A DNA stretch of 64,000 nt from Segatella copri (lineage in GTDB: Bacteria; Bacteroidota; Bacteroidia; Bacteroidales; Bacteroidaceae), in contig CAUFXJ010000010.1 of NCBI GenBank assembly GCA_959596915.1, positions 34,740-98,739 of the forward strand, in the 5' to 3' direction. Numbering within the stretch: the first letter of the stretch is position 1; every line of letters starts with the position of its first letter. The translations under genes were made by a program, and so were the position numbers. The notes under the pieces are model-generated. The model saw nothing but the letters and a program-made list of their open reading frames with translations. It was not told the DNA's origin and searched no databases. Of the stretch, positions 8,931 to 19,243 are shown piece after piece.

Positions 8931-10264
8931 TAATCCAACTTGTGAATAATCAAACCGCTACGCAACTTAGGTTCAAACCATGTTGCCTTAGGTGGCATAA
9001 TCTTACCACTGTCAGCGATATCCATAATCTGCTGCATAGTAACCGGATGCAAAGCAAGTGCCATCTTCATCTCGCCGCTATCCACACGACGTTTCAACTC
9101 ACCGAGACCGCGAAGACCACCCACAAAATCGATGCGCTTATCAGAACGTAAATCCTTGATACCCAGAATTTCATCAAGAATCAGACGAGATGAAATATCA
9201 ACATCGAGCACGCCGATTGGATCAGCATCATCATAGGTTCCCGGCTTAGCAAACAAACCGTACCATTTACCGTCCAAATAGAGGAGGAAAGAATGGAGAG
9301 CAGCTGGTTTCAGAATATCCAAGCCAAACTGACTGATAGCATCATCAATAGCCATCTTTTCATAGCAAGGAATGCCCTCTTCATCACCAGATACATTCAC
9401 ATTGATTGCATCAATATCTATCACCTCGAAGTTCTTTGTCAAAGCATCGAGGAACTGATCAGAAGTCAGACCATTCAAATCCTTCACAACTCGATTATAA
9501 TCGAGAATAGTAAGCTGACTTGCCTGGAAACAAACAGCCATAAAGTAGTTATATTCCTCCTTACCTGTATGATTAGGATTCTGCTTAGCTTTTTCTGCAC
9601 CTACCAGAGCTGCTGCTGCAGAACGGTGATGGCCGTCAGCAATATAAAGGCTAGGCATCTTGGCAAATTCCGCTGTAATTGTGGCAATATCCTGATCATC
9701 GCTTACAACCCAGAACTGATGACGGAAACCATCAATTGGAGCAATGAAATCATATTCCGGTGTTGTTGCTGCATAACGCATCAGAAGTTCGTTAAGCACC
9801 TCATTATCAGGATAAGCGAAGAATACGGGTTCGATATTGGCATTGCATACACGAACATGTTTCATACGGTCTTCTTCCTTATCGCGGCGTGTCAGCTCAT
9901 GTTTCTTGATGACACCCGTCATATAGTCGTTTACATACGCACCTACCACAAGACCATACTGAGTCTTGCCGTTCATCGTCTGTGCATAGATATAATACTG
10001 TTCCTTATCATCCTGTTTTAACCAGCCATTCTCCTGGAACTTTCTGAAGTTCTCGGCAGCGCTTTCATAAACGCGAGGATCGTACTCAGAAGTTCCTGGT
10101 TCGAAATTGATTTCAGGTTTAATAATATGATAAAGGCTCTTCTCGTTATCGCCTGCCTCGGCACGTGCTTCCTCAGAATTGAGAACATCGTAAGGACGAG
10201 ACTCAACTTGCTCGACGAGATTTTTAGGAGGTCTTACTCCCTTAAAAGGTTTTACTATTGCCAT
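8930..10264 (-). CDS. DUF1015 domain-containing protein
   Basis: Characteristic LYIADGHHR motif and ~440 aa length. Confidence 0.65.
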   Translation of the reverse strand: MAIVKPFKGVRPPKNLVEQVESRPYDVLNSEEARAEAGDNEKSLYHIIKPEINFEPGTSEYDPRVYESAAENFRKFQENGWLKQDDKEQYYIYAQTMNGKTQYGLVVGAYVNDYMTGVIKKHELTRRDKEEDRMKHVRVCNANIEPVFFAYPDNEVLNELLMRYAATTPEYDFIAPIDGFRHQFWVVSDDQDIATITAEFAKMPSLYIADGHHRSAAAALVGAEKAKQNPNHTGKEEYNYFMAVCFQASQLTILDYNRVVKDLNGLTSDQFLDALTKNFEVIDIDAINVNVSGDEEGIPCYEKMAIDDAISQFGLDILKPAALHSFLLYLDGKWYGLFAKPGTYDDADPIGVLDVDISSRLILDEILGIKDLRSDKRIDFVGGLRGLGELKRRVDSGEMKMALALHPVTMQQIMDIADSGKIMPPKATWFEPKLRSGLIIHKLD

Positions 10265-10368
10265 AATATTTTGTTCAAATTGACTAGTTTAATAAAAACA
10301 TGAAAAGCCCATCAAGAGTGCTTCTGTGAAAAAGCACCCTTCATGAGCTATATGTATGGGAAGAATAA

Positions 10369-11286
10369 TTACTTATTTACCTGGAACTTAGTGCATCCAT
10401 CCTTAAAGAACGCATTGATCTGCTTAGCTGCAGCAATACCGGCATTGATATTTGCTTCTGCAGTCTGTGCACCCATCTTCTTAGGAGTTGAGAAGTAGCG
10501 ACCCTCGAACTTGGCAAAGTCTGCATCAGCATCAGGCTTGATATCAGTGATGAACTTCAAGTCCTCACGCTCAGCGAGAAGTTTCAGGAGCTCAGGCTCA
10601 TTGATAACCTCCTTACGCGCTGTATTGATGAGGATGCCACCCTTAGGCAACTGGTTTACAGTCTTGTAGTCGATGCTCTTGATAGTCTCTGGAGTAGCAG
10701 GGATATGAAGAGAAACGATGTCGCAAGTCTGGAACAACTCATCCTGTGACTTTACAGCATGAACACCGGCAGCCTCGATAACATCAGCTGGGCAGAATGC
10801 ATCGTAAGCAGCTACTTCCATGCCGAATCCCTTGGCGATGCGAGCCACATTTCGACCTACATTACCGAAAGCAAGAATACCCAGTTTCTTACCCTTCAAC
10901 TCGCTGCCAGCCTTGCCGTTGTAGAAATTACGTACAGTAAAGACCAACAAGCCGAATACCAATTCAGCTACTGCATTAGAGTTCTGACCAGGAGTATTCT
11001 CAGCCACTACATTATGAGCAGTAGCAGCAGCAAGGTCGATGTTATCATAACCTGCACCAGCACGAACGATAATCTTCAGGTTCTTTGCTGCATCGAGCAC
11101 CTCGGCATCAGCCTTGTCAGAGCGGATAATCATCGCGTCCACATCCTTCACTGCATCGAGAAGCTGAGCTTTCTCTGTATATTTTTCGAGCAGCACCAAT
11201 TCGTTGCCTGCTCCCTCTATTTCTTTCTTAATGCCTTCCACAGCAGCCGCTGCGAATGGCTTTTCTGTTGCAACTAATACTTTCAT
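10369..11286 (-). CDS. serA: D-3-phosphoglycerate dehydrogenase / D-isomer-specific 2-hydroxyacid dehydrogenase
   Basis: NAD-binding GxGxxG (GILAFGNVGRNVA) and a catalytic-domain pattern. Lies immediately downstream of serC. Confidence 0.8.
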   Translation of the reverse strand: MKVLVATEKPFAAAAVEGIKKEIEGAGNELVLLEKYTEKAQLLDAVKDVDAMIIRSDKADAEVLDAAKNLKIIVRAGAGYDNIDLAAATAHNVVAENTPGQNSNAVAELVFGLLVFTVRNFYNGKAGSELKGKKLGILAFGNVGRNVARIAKGFGMEVAAYDAFCPADVIEAAGVHAVKSQDELFQTCDIVSLHIPATPETIKSIDYKTVNQLPKGGILINTARKEVINEPELLKLLAEREDLKFITDIKPDADADFAKFEGRYFSTPKKMGAQTAEANINAGIAAAKQINAFFKDGCTKFQVNK

Positions 11287-11299
11287 ACAAATTCAAAAA

Positions 11300-12370
11300 T
11301 TAATGTTGTGCTTCAAAATCCTGCATGGCCTTGACGAGTGCCTGAACACCCTCCATGGTCTGTGCATTGTAGCAGCTGGCACGGAAACCACCCACTGAGC
11401 GGTGACCCTTGATACCTACCATGCCACGCTCTGTAGCGAAGTCGAGGAATGGCTTCTCAAGTTCCTTGTACTCATCGTTCATCACGAAGCAGATGTTCAT
11501 CAAAGAACGGGATGCTTCTTCAACAGTACCCTTGAAGAGTTTGTTGCGGTCGATTTCTGCATAAAGAACTTCTGCACGTTCGTGAGCTCGCTTGTCAGCA
11601 GCCTCAACACCACCATTAGCCTTCAACCAGCGGAGATTCTCCATCAAGGTATAGATAGGAACAACAGGAGGAGTATTGAACATACTGCCCTTCTCAACGT
11701 GAGTACGATAATCGAGCATTGTAGGAAGCTCGCGAGGAGCCTTGCCGAGCATATCATCCTTTACGATGATAACGGTAACACCTGCCATAGAAAGATTCTT
11801 CTGAGCACCTGCATAGATGGCAGTATACTTAGAAACATCTACTGGACGGCTCATGATATCTGAAGACATATCAGAAATCAATGGTACGTTTACGTCTGGA
11901 TCTACACGGAGTTCAGTACCATATATAGTATTGTTGCTTGTCAAATGCAAGTAATCACAATCGGCTGGTACAGTGTTAGGAACCTGTGGATAGAAAGTGA
12001 AATTGGCGTCGGACGATGATGCGATCTCCACGACCTCACCAAAATGCTTTGCCTCTTTCATTGCCTTCTTAGCCCAAGTGCCAGAATTAATGTAGGCAGC
12101 CTTCTTGATGAGGAAGTTTGCTGGAATCTGCATAAACTGCAATGACGCACCACCACCAAGGAAGATTACGGAATAACCCTCAGGAATGTCAAGAAGCTCC
12201 TTGAATAAGGAGACTGCCTCATCAACTACTGGCTGGAAATCCTTAGCACGGTGGCTGATTTCCATCAATGAAAGACCTGAACCATTAAAATCCAAAATCT
12301 GCTTTGCTGTGTTCTCAATCACTTCGCGTGGAAGCATTGATGGACCTGCGTTAAAATTGTACTTCTTCAT
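11300..12370 (-). CDS. serC: phosphoserine aminotransferase
   Basis: N-terminus [14 protein letters not shown], class-V aminotransferase motifs, ~356 aa. Confidence 0.9.
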   Translation of the reverse strand: MKKYNFNAGPSMLPREVIENTAKQILDFNGSGLSLMEISHRAKDFQPVVDEAVSLFKELLDIPEGYSVIFLGGGASLQFMQIPANFLIKKAAYINSGTWAKKAMKEAKHFGEVVEIASSSDANFTFYPQVPNTVPADCDYLHLTSNNTIYGTELRVDPDVNVPLISDMSSDIMSRPVDVSKYTAIYAGAQKNLSMAGVTVIIVKDDMLGKAPRELPTMLDYRTHVEKGSMFNTPPVVPIYTLMENLRWLKANGGVEAADKRAHERAEVLYAEIDRNKLFKGTVEEASRSLMNICFVMNDEYKELEKPFLDFATERGMVGIKGHRSVGGFRASCYNAQTMEGVQALVKAMQDFEAQH

Positions 12371-12656
12371 CTTTGTATAATTATTTAAGTTTTATACGAT
12401 ATAATCCTGTTAGCAGGAAAAATTAGTGCACAATACACCCATATAGGATACATAGTAAACCTTTGGATTGTATTTACGACTGCGAAATTACACTTTTTAT
12501 TTGAAACTACCAAACTTTTCTGCACATTTTTAGCGTTTTGCGCAGATTTCTTTCATTTTGTTAGTCATTTTAGTATAATAACTGCATATTTATGTCTATT
12601 TTTACATTTATTATACATTAGCAAGCAACAGAGAAAAGATAGCAGCAGTTTGTCAA

Positions 12657-13976
12657 CTACCTTACCTCTTCCACTATCGTTTTGACACCTTTTATCTTTT
12701 CGCCCTTTACATTATTCAGTACGCTGCGCAACTTCGTTCGGGAAATGGCAGCATAAGCATAACGGTCATTAACATCAATCTTACCGATTTCAGCCGACTG
12801 CAGCCCACCCTTCTTGCAAAGGAAGCCTAAGATGTCACCCTTGCTGATTTTATCCTTTTTGCCTTTACCTATATATATAGTAGCCATCTTAGGTTTGGCT
12901 GGCGCAGGAAGCTGATCAGCAGCAGGCATCTCATAATTCTCAATCTCTGCATCCACATATTCCGGAATATGCTCTTCAGGACCTAACAGGAAGAAAGCCT
13001 TTCCCTGGGCTTCCCATCTTGCTGTACGTCCTACACGATGAATATAACCATCTTCGCTCTCCGGCATGTGATAATGGATGATATTATCTATATCTGGAAT
13101 ATCAAGTCCGCGCGAAGCCAGATCCGTACTCACCAGGATATTGGCACTTCCGTTGCTAAAACGGTAGAGAGAAGCCTCGCGTTCCTTCTGTTCCAATCCA
13201 CCATGGAAGAAAGAGGTTGAAAATCCCTGCTCCACCAGATATTTATTGGTGCGCTCCACACTGTCGCGATAATTGAGGAATACAATGGTACTCTGATCGC
13301 CTAAACTGCGTAGCAAAAGTGACAGACTCTCCAGCTTATCCTTTACCGGACTATCCACCTTATATATATGTACACGGTCAGGAACCTGATCTTCATCCAC
13401 ACGGTAATCTATCTTTTCTACCCTACCCATGTGTACGAAATGAGGAATCTCCTCCGCCTCGGTAGCAGAAAGCAGGAAATGTCGACGCAAGCCAGGCAAA
13501 GACTTGATCAGTCGGCTCATTTCGTCCTGGAAGCCCATCTCCAGACACTTGTCAAACTCATCAATAATCAGGTATTTGATGTGATATGGAGAAAGATTTC
13601 CCTTATCCAGATGATCATTGAGACGACCCGGAGTTCCAAATACAATCTGAGGACGAACCTGTTTCATCACGCGATGCTCATCCATCGTAGCACGACCACC
13701 ATAGCAAGCCATCGCACGCAAACCGCTGCCCATATTCTTCAATACGTTAGCCGACTGCAAAGCGAGTTCTCTACCAGGAGTTACCACCACCGCCTGTGCC
13801 TCGTCATCAGTAGCATCTATAAGTTGTGTAAGAGGCAAAAGATAAGCCAGTGTCTTGCCACTACCTGTTGGCGAAAGTATCACCACATCCTTGTTCCCGT
13901 GCAAGATTGCCTGCATGGAATCCTGCTGCATATCATTGAGCTCAATGCCCAGTTTATCTAAAATTCTGTCTATCAT
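12657..13976 (-). CDS. DEAD-box ATP-dependent RNA helicase with C-terminal DbpA-like RNA-binding domain
   Basis: Motifs Q, I (SPTGSGKT), II (IDEFD; DEFD variant of the DEAD motif), III (SAT), VI (HRVGRTAR), and a C-terminal RRM-like extension. Confidence 0.85.
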   Translation of the reverse strand: MIDRILDKLGIELNDMQQDSMQAILHGNKDVVILSPTGSGKTLAYLLPLTQLIDATDDEAQAVVVTPGRELALQSANVLKNMGSGLRAMACYGGRATMDEHRVMKQVRPQIVFGTPGRLNDHLDKGNLSPYHIKYLIIDEFDKCLEMGFQDEMSRLIKSLPGLRRHFLLSATEAEEIPHFVHMGRVEKIDYRVDEDQVPDRVHIYKVDSPVKDKLESLSLLLRSLGDQSTIVFLNYRDSVERTNKYLVEQGFSTSFFHGGLEQKEREASLYRFSNGSANILVSTDLASRGLDIPDIDNIIHYHMPESEDGYIHRVGRTARWEAQGKAFFLLGPEEHIPEYVDAEIENYEMPAADQLPAPAKPKMATIYIGKGKKDKISKGDILGFLCKKGGLQSAEIGKIDVNDRYAYAAISRTKLRSVLNNVKGEKIKGVKTIVEEVR

Positions 13977-14073
13977 AAATTTCTAATAATCAATTTCTAA
14001 AGAGAAGTATTCTTTTATTAAAGAGAAGTTTTCTTTTCAAGAGAAGTTTTCATAAATTCCTCATCATGAGGCA

Positions 14074-15300
14074 TTATTTCTTTTTCTGATTGAGTAGTTT
14101 GTCTATCTCATCAAACTCCTTACCCATGTTCAGGTTCAGATAGATGGTATATAGCGGCAAAGCCCACTGGTCCTGCATATCAGGCGCCATCGTTCTGTAC
14201 TTCTGCAGATAAGGCATTGCACTCTTGTAAAGTCCGTCTATCACCTGATGCGTTTTGCGGGATTGCAGTGAATTCTTATCCATTTCAACCGCCTGATTAA
14301 AATAAGCCAAACCTATATTATAATAAGCACCGGATAACGAATCGTTCACGGCAAGTGCCTTTTTGCTCACTTCGATGCATTGCTTGAAATCACCCATATT
14401 CAAGAGAATGGTTCCCTTGGTAAAGAGATAGATATCATTGTCGGGAGCTATCGCCAGCGCCTTATCTGCTACGGCGAGTGCAGAATCGAGTTGGTTTTCC
14501 TGCGAATAATACTCTACCAGACGCGGGAAGAAGAACGGGAATTTCGGATCCCGCTCAAAACCTTCCTTCAAGGTCAAGAGATAGCGCGCAGTATCCTTCT
14601 CCAGTTTGTAAGTCTCAGCCAGATACTGTAACATATAGTTATAATGAGCCGTATCTTTCAGCGCCTCATAAGAATGATGAAGCGTAGCTTTGGTATCTTT
14701 CATCTTATATCCGGCATATACAGCCCAATAAGCTGCCGAAGAAAGATATTTGTCTTTCTGGGCATACTTATAAGATTGGAACATCAGGGCTGTACTGCAC
14801 TCTATGTACTGGTCAAAGAACTGATAAGCCTCCTTGTATTTCTGCTTCCTGATAAACCAGGTTCCTCCGTTATAGAGGTTCGGCCGTATCCTGTTCAAAT
14901 ATTCAGAATGAGACTTGCGGAAATCAAACTCACATTTTCCTTTCTTGTTAGGAATCATCTCAACGGAATCAAGTCCTTGGGCTATAACGAAGAGCTGTCG
15001 AGTTGCATTGAAGAGTTGGGCTGTATCATACGCCTGTTTGAGGTAGAGTTTCTCATTACCCTGTTCATACTGCTTCTTCACAGCATCGAAGAGAATATTC
15101 CAAATTTTCTTGTTATTCCGGTTGGCAGAATCCGTCAGGAGTTTGCGCATACTGGATTCGGCCTTCGCCAAATCCTTGCCAGCCTTTACCAGATCTTTGG
15201 CTGCAGAAATCTCCTTCTTCTGTGCCTGCAGCCCTAATGGCGCCAACAGAAGAAAAGCTATCTGTAAAACCCATAAGTTTCTGAATATCTGTATTTTCAT
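14074..15300 (-). CDS. secreted TPR-repeat protein
   Basis: Signal peptide, then multiple TPR-like A/Y/L periodicities. Confidence 0.5.
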   Translation of the reverse strand: MKIQIFRNLWVLQIAFLLLAPLGLQAQKKEISAAKDLVKAGKDLAKAESSMRKLLTDSANRNNKKIWNILFDAVKKQYEQGNEKLYLKQAYDTAQLFNATRQLFVIAQGLDSVEMIPNKKGKCEFDFRKSHSEYLNRIRPNLYNGGTWFIRKQKYKEAYQFFDQYIECSTALMFQSYKYAQKDKYLSSAAYWAVYAGYKMKDTKATLHHSYEALKDTAHYNYMLQYLAETYKLEKDTARYLLTLKEGFERDPKFPFFFPRLVEYYSQENQLDSALAVADKALAIAPDNDIYLFTKGTILLNMGDFKQCIEVSKKALAVNDSLSGAYYNIGLAYFNQAVEMDKNSLQSRKTHQVIDGLYKSAMPYLQKYRTMAPDMQDQWALPLYTIYLNLNMGKEFDEIDKLLNQKKK

Positions 15301-15323
15301 ATTAATCTTCTAAATTAAAGCTT

Positions 15324-16433
15324 TCATTTGTTTCCATACTCATAATAATACCAGTAGGTATTTCCATAAGTATCCCGAAGAGCATTCTGCTTTTCTGTCT
15401 CATTAGCATATTTGTGATCCATCTGCTGGAAATCCTCAAAGTCTGTATCCATCACATTATCGTGATAAACGATACTTGGATTACTGCGGCGATGCGTATA
15501 AAGAACCAACGCTTCCTTATAATGAACAGGCAGTTTGCCCGAAGTTACTTTGTAATGTTTCTGCACCTCTGCTACGAACTTGTCTAGTTGCTTGTCCAAC
15601 AAGAGTGCACAAAGCTGATAGTCAACAGGCAGACGATACTTGAGATGATGTTTAACCATCCATGCTGAAGGTTTCTGCATCCATTTTGGCGCCTTCCACA
15701 TCATAGCCTTCACGGTTACGCTATCCGGCATCATCGCCTTACTTCCACCTACCAGCGGATAAGTAAAGAGACGGCTGCCCAGCTCGCCTGTTTCGTTGAG
15801 ACAGGCTATACGGAGCATCGTCAGCGAAGAATCTGTTTTCAGAGATTTTTCACCTACTTCCAAAGCTTTTTCATACTGTTTTTCTTTCATCAGATGTTCC
15901 ATGCGCATACGTTCATGAAACAGCCGATCATTGCTAGCAACAAAGTTGACAAGCAATATTATCACCAGCATCTGGAGCAGATTCACCCACATATAGCGGG
16001 AGAACCAGCCGTTACTGTGAGGCTCTGTTTCTATCGGCTCCAACTGGCGGGCTATCCATATTAATCCGCCCCAGAGAATCAGACAGAGTGGCAGGATAAT
16101 CCACCACGCCCCCAGCGAATGATAACGGTCGATATCAACGGGGATATCGGTAATCATCGTCAGGATGAGGAACGAAGGGAAATAAGTAAGCCCGTGGAAA
16201 CGGCGTTTCACACGGGTTACCGCGTACACTCCCACTTGCAGCAGATAGAGTACGAGCGTGATAAGCAGTGGAGCCAGCGTGTAACTGTAGTTGGTCAAAC
16301 CGCCTGAGAAAACATGCTGAGCCACTGCCAGTACGTCTGCCTGGTAAAATGCCAGGTAGACGTAGGTAAATGTGATAAAGATGATAGCACAGGCGATTTG
16401 CATCTTCGCCGTACTACTCCTTTTATTTTTCAT
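15324..16433 (-). CDS. integral membrane protein, unknown function
   Basis: N-terminal half has ~7 TM helices and the C-terminal half is soluble. No recognisable motif. Confidence 0.4.
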   Translation of the reverse strand: MKNKRSSTAKMQIACAIIFITFTYVYLAFYQADVLAVAQHVFSGGLTNYSYTLAPLLITLVLYLLQVGVYAVTRVKRRFHGLTYFPSFLILTMITDIPVDIDRYHSLGAWWIILPLCLILWGGLIWIARQLEPIETEPHSNGWFSRYMWVNLLQMLVIILLVNFVASNDRLFHERMRMEHLMKEKQYEKALEVGEKSLKTDSSLTMLRIACLNETGELGSRLFTYPLVGGSKAMMPDSVTVKAMMWKAPKWMQKPSAWMVKHHLKYRLPVDYQLCALLLDKQLDKFVAEVQKHYKVTSGKLPVHYKEALVLYTHRRSNPSIVYHDNVMDTDFEDFQQMDHKYANETEKQNALRDTYGNTYWYYYEYGNK

Positions 16434-16444
16434 AAATCAATCTA

Positions 16445-18544
16445 TTAATTTTTCTTCAGCACCAAAGCTGTACGAGCTGGCAGATAAAGTTTCAGCCACT
16501 CCTTACGGTCTTTCACATAAAGTGGATCGTAATTAGTCAGATGCGTCATCGTGTCATCATTCAAGCCATTACCGCCGAAATCCTTGCTGTCAGAATCAAG
16601 CACTACGCTGTAGGAACCGGTAGGAACCAGGAAGCCATAGTCGGTGAAAGAGCGGGTTGGCGAGAAGTTAAACACGAAGAGCAGATCGCCACGCATAAAG
16701 GCGAGAACCTGATCGCCATCATTATGCCAGATTTCTACAACTGGTGTCTTGTTAAAATTCTTTTCGCTTGTAATCGTCTTGAGCATTTCTCGGTCGAAAT
16801 CTCCAAGATAGTGGTAGCAGAGTTCATGATTATCTACCAGATTCCACTGTCTGCGGGCATATTTATGGCTCCAGCCATTACCCTCGCGAGGGAAATCGAT
16901 CCACTCTGGGTGACCGAACTCATTACCCATGAAGTTGAGATAACCGCCATTGATTGTAGAGGCGGTAACCAGACGGATCATCTTATGCAGAGCAATACCA
17001 CGATGAGCCATTTCGTTTTCATCGCCCTTCTTGAAATGCCAGTACATATCGGCATCAATCAGACGGAAGATGATGGTTTTATCGCCCACCAATGCCTGGT
17101 CATGACTCTCACAGTAAGAGATGGTTTTCTCATCCGAACGGCGGTTCTTTACCTCCCAGAAGATGCTGGATGGTTTCCAGTCTTCATCCTTCAGTTCCTT
17201 GATGGTCTTGATCCAATAATCTGGAATATTCATCGCCATGCGATAATCGAAACCATAACCGCCATCCTCAAACTTGGCAGCCAGGCCCGGCATTCCGCTC
17301 ACCTCTTCGGCAATTGTAATGGCATGCTTGTTAACCTCGTGAATCAGACAGTTGGCAAGGGTAAGATAGCAGATGGCATTATCATCCTCATGACCATTGA
17401 AATAATCTCCGTAGTTGCAGAATGCCTCACCCAGACCATGACTATAATAGAGCATGGATGTTACACCATCAAAACGGAATCCGTCGAAATGGAACTCATT
17501 GAGCCAGTACTTGCAGTTGCTCAACAGGAAGTGGATGACTTCATCCTTTCCATAGTCGAAGCAGAGACTGTCCCAAGCCGGATGCTCATGACGGTCGCCA
17601 GGATAGAAATACTGGTTAGGATCTCCAGCGAGATTACCCAGTCCTTCCACCTCGTTCTTTACGGCATGAGAGTGAACGATGTCCATGATGACGGCAATAC
17701 CATTCTGGTGAGCTGTATCAATGAGATCCTTCAACTCTTCAGGAGTTCCGAAGCGGCTACTTGCAGCAAAGAAACTACTTACATGATAGCCGAAGGAGCC
17801 ATAATACGGATGCTCCTGGATAGCCATAATCTGAATGCAGTTGTAACCATCCTTGATGATACGTGGCAACACATTCTCCTTAAATTCTGTATAAGTGCCA
17901 ACCTTCTCAGCATCCTGTGCCATACCGATATGACATTCATAGATGAGCAGAGGTGCCACATTTGGTCTGAAGGTTTTCTTCTTCCATTTATATGGTTCCG
18001 GATTCCAAACCTGAGCAGAGAAAATCTTAGTCTGGTCGTCCTGTACTACGCGCTGTGCCCATGCAGGAATACGCTCGCCTTCACCACCTTCCCAATGAAC
18101 TTTCATCTTGAAGAGATCGCCATGTTTCATCGCTTTCTCCGGAAGTTTGAGTTCCCAGTTGCCGGTATTCTTTATTCTTTTGGCACGATACTTTTCGGTT
18201 TCCTGCCAGTTGTTGAAGTCACCTATCAGATAGATGTCTGTAGCATTAGGTGCCCACTCACGGAACACCCATCCACGGGCAGTCTTATGCAGTCCGAAAT
18301 ACTCGTATCCATTGGCAAAATCGCTCAATGTCTGTTTGCCGTTATTAGTCAGCTGACCGAGTTTCCAAAGTGCATGGTCGTGTCGGCCCTTGATGGCATC
18401 CTCATAGTCTGCCAGATATGGGTCGTTCTTCACGAGTCCGATATGCTTTACCACAGCCTTCGCTGCCTTTTTTGCAACTGGTTTCTTTGCAGTTGCCTTT
18501 TTAGTTGCAGCCTTCTGGGCTGTAGTTTTCTTTTCTGTTGCCAT
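16445..18544 (-). CDS. glgB: 1,4-alpha-glucan branching enzyme (GH13_8, eukaryote-like type) with N-terminal Lys/Ala-rich histone-H1-like tail
   Basis: GH13 conserved regions: GFRFDGVTSM (region II), AEEVSGMPG (region III), YCESHDQALVGDK (region IV, typical of the SBE/GBE1 type). The first ~35 aa are AKK repeats. Confidence 0.85.
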   Translation of the reverse strand: MATEKKTTAQKAATKKATAKKPVAKKAAKAVVKHIGLVKNDPYLADYEDAIKGRHDHALWKLGQLTNNGKQTLSDFANGYEYFGLHKTARGWVFREWAPNATDIYLIGDFNNWQETEKYRAKRIKNTGNWELKLPEKAMKHGDLFKMKVHWEGGEGERIPAWAQRVVQDDQTKIFSAQVWNPEPYKWKKKTFRPNVAPLLIYECHIGMAQDAEKVGTYTEFKENVLPRIIKDGYNCIQIMAIQEHPYYGSFGYHVSSFFAASSRFGTPEELKDLIDTAHQNGIAVIMDIVHSHAVKNEVEGLGNLAGDPNQYFYPGDRHEHPAWDSLCFDYGKDEVIHFLLSNCKYWLNEFHFDGFRFDGVTSMLYYSHGLGEAFCNYGDYFNGHEDDNAICYLTLANCLIHEVNKHAITIAEEVSGMPGLAAKFEDGGYGFDYRMAMNIPDYWIKTIKELKDEDWKPSSIFWEVKNRRSDEKTISYCESHDQALVGDKTIIFRLIDADMYWHFKKGDENEMAHRGIALHKMIRLVTASTINGGYLNFMGNEFGHPEWIDFPREGNGWSHKYARRQWNLVDNHELCYHYLGDFDREMLKTITSEKNFNKTPVVEIWHNDGDQVLAFMRGDLLFVFNFSPTRSFTDYGFLVPTGSYSVVLDSDSKDFGGNGLNDDTMTHLTNYDPLYVKDRKEWLKLYLPARTALVLKKN

Positions 18545-18612
18545 ATATCATGATTTTAGATGGTTACTCTATATTTTTATTCTTTAATTATATCTTGAAG
18601 AATTTTTCTTCT

Positions 18613-19056
18613 TTAATTTTTAATCTTGAAGATAGCCTTGTGGATATCACCGTTACCGATGCATGGCTGATGACCGTCTTGTGGCCAGAAAATGGCAAAC
18701 TGACCTGGCTTGCAGGTAACGAGCGTCTGCGCTTTCACACCAGGATACTTGGTTACATCCTTAGCCTCGTTATATTCCACTTCAGGAAGATCAGCAAGAG
18801 GAGTATAGCCATAAGTCTCATCGTTGTCTAGAGGAATCTGAATATCAATCATCTTGCGATGTGTTTCAAGCACAGCATCTTCCTCGCTCTTTCCATGAGC
18901 TGTCGTTATGTTAACAAAGAGGTTACCCTCCTTGAGAAAATGCTTACCTTCCTCCAATTTAGAGAGGTCATTATCTTTGATAAACTTCACTACATCAGCG
19001 AAGAGCGGATTGAGAGAAACGTATTTCTCCAGATTGTCTAAAGTATCTACTACCAT
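18613..19056 (-). CDS. YhcH/YjgK/YiaL family protein (DUF386)
   Basis: ~147 aa, with the family-typical N-terminus (..LDNLEKY..) and a C-terminal cupin-like region. Confidence 0.6.
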   Translation of the reverse strand: MVVDTLDNLEKYVSLNPLFADVVKFIKDNDLSKLEEGKHFLKEGNLFVNITTAHGKSEEDAVLETHRKMIDIQIPLDNDETYGYTPLADLPEVEYNEAKDVTKYPGVKAQTLVTCKPGQFAIFWPQDGHQPCIGNGDIHKAIFKIKN

Positions 19057-19099
19057 AATTCTAGTTTAAGCTTTGAGATTTGAACATTTACTTTTAACT

Positions 19100-19160
19100 T
19101 TGAGATTTGAAAACAGAACATTGAACATTCAACATTCAATATTCAACATTATAATATGTT
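19100..19160. repeat. tandem 'aacattcaa'-type 9-bp repeats (x4-5) preceded by 2x 'tttgagatttgaa'
   Basis: Read directly in the promoter region of the YhcH-family gene. Confidence 0.8.
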
Positions 19161-19243
19161 CTTTTTTCTCATTATTTAAAATATAAAGGTTCTCTATCTC
19201 GTTATTTATAATTTCTTTGTATTTTTCTAATTTTCTGAAGAGA

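Noticed and set aside
9293-10021. 242-aa plus-strand ORF
   Set aside because: Antisense within the DUF1015 gene. Cys/Ile-rich junk composition.
16541-18553. 670-aa plus-strand ORF
   Set aside because: Antisense to the glgB frame, which carries all GH13 conserved regions. The product is motif-free and I/L/V-rich.
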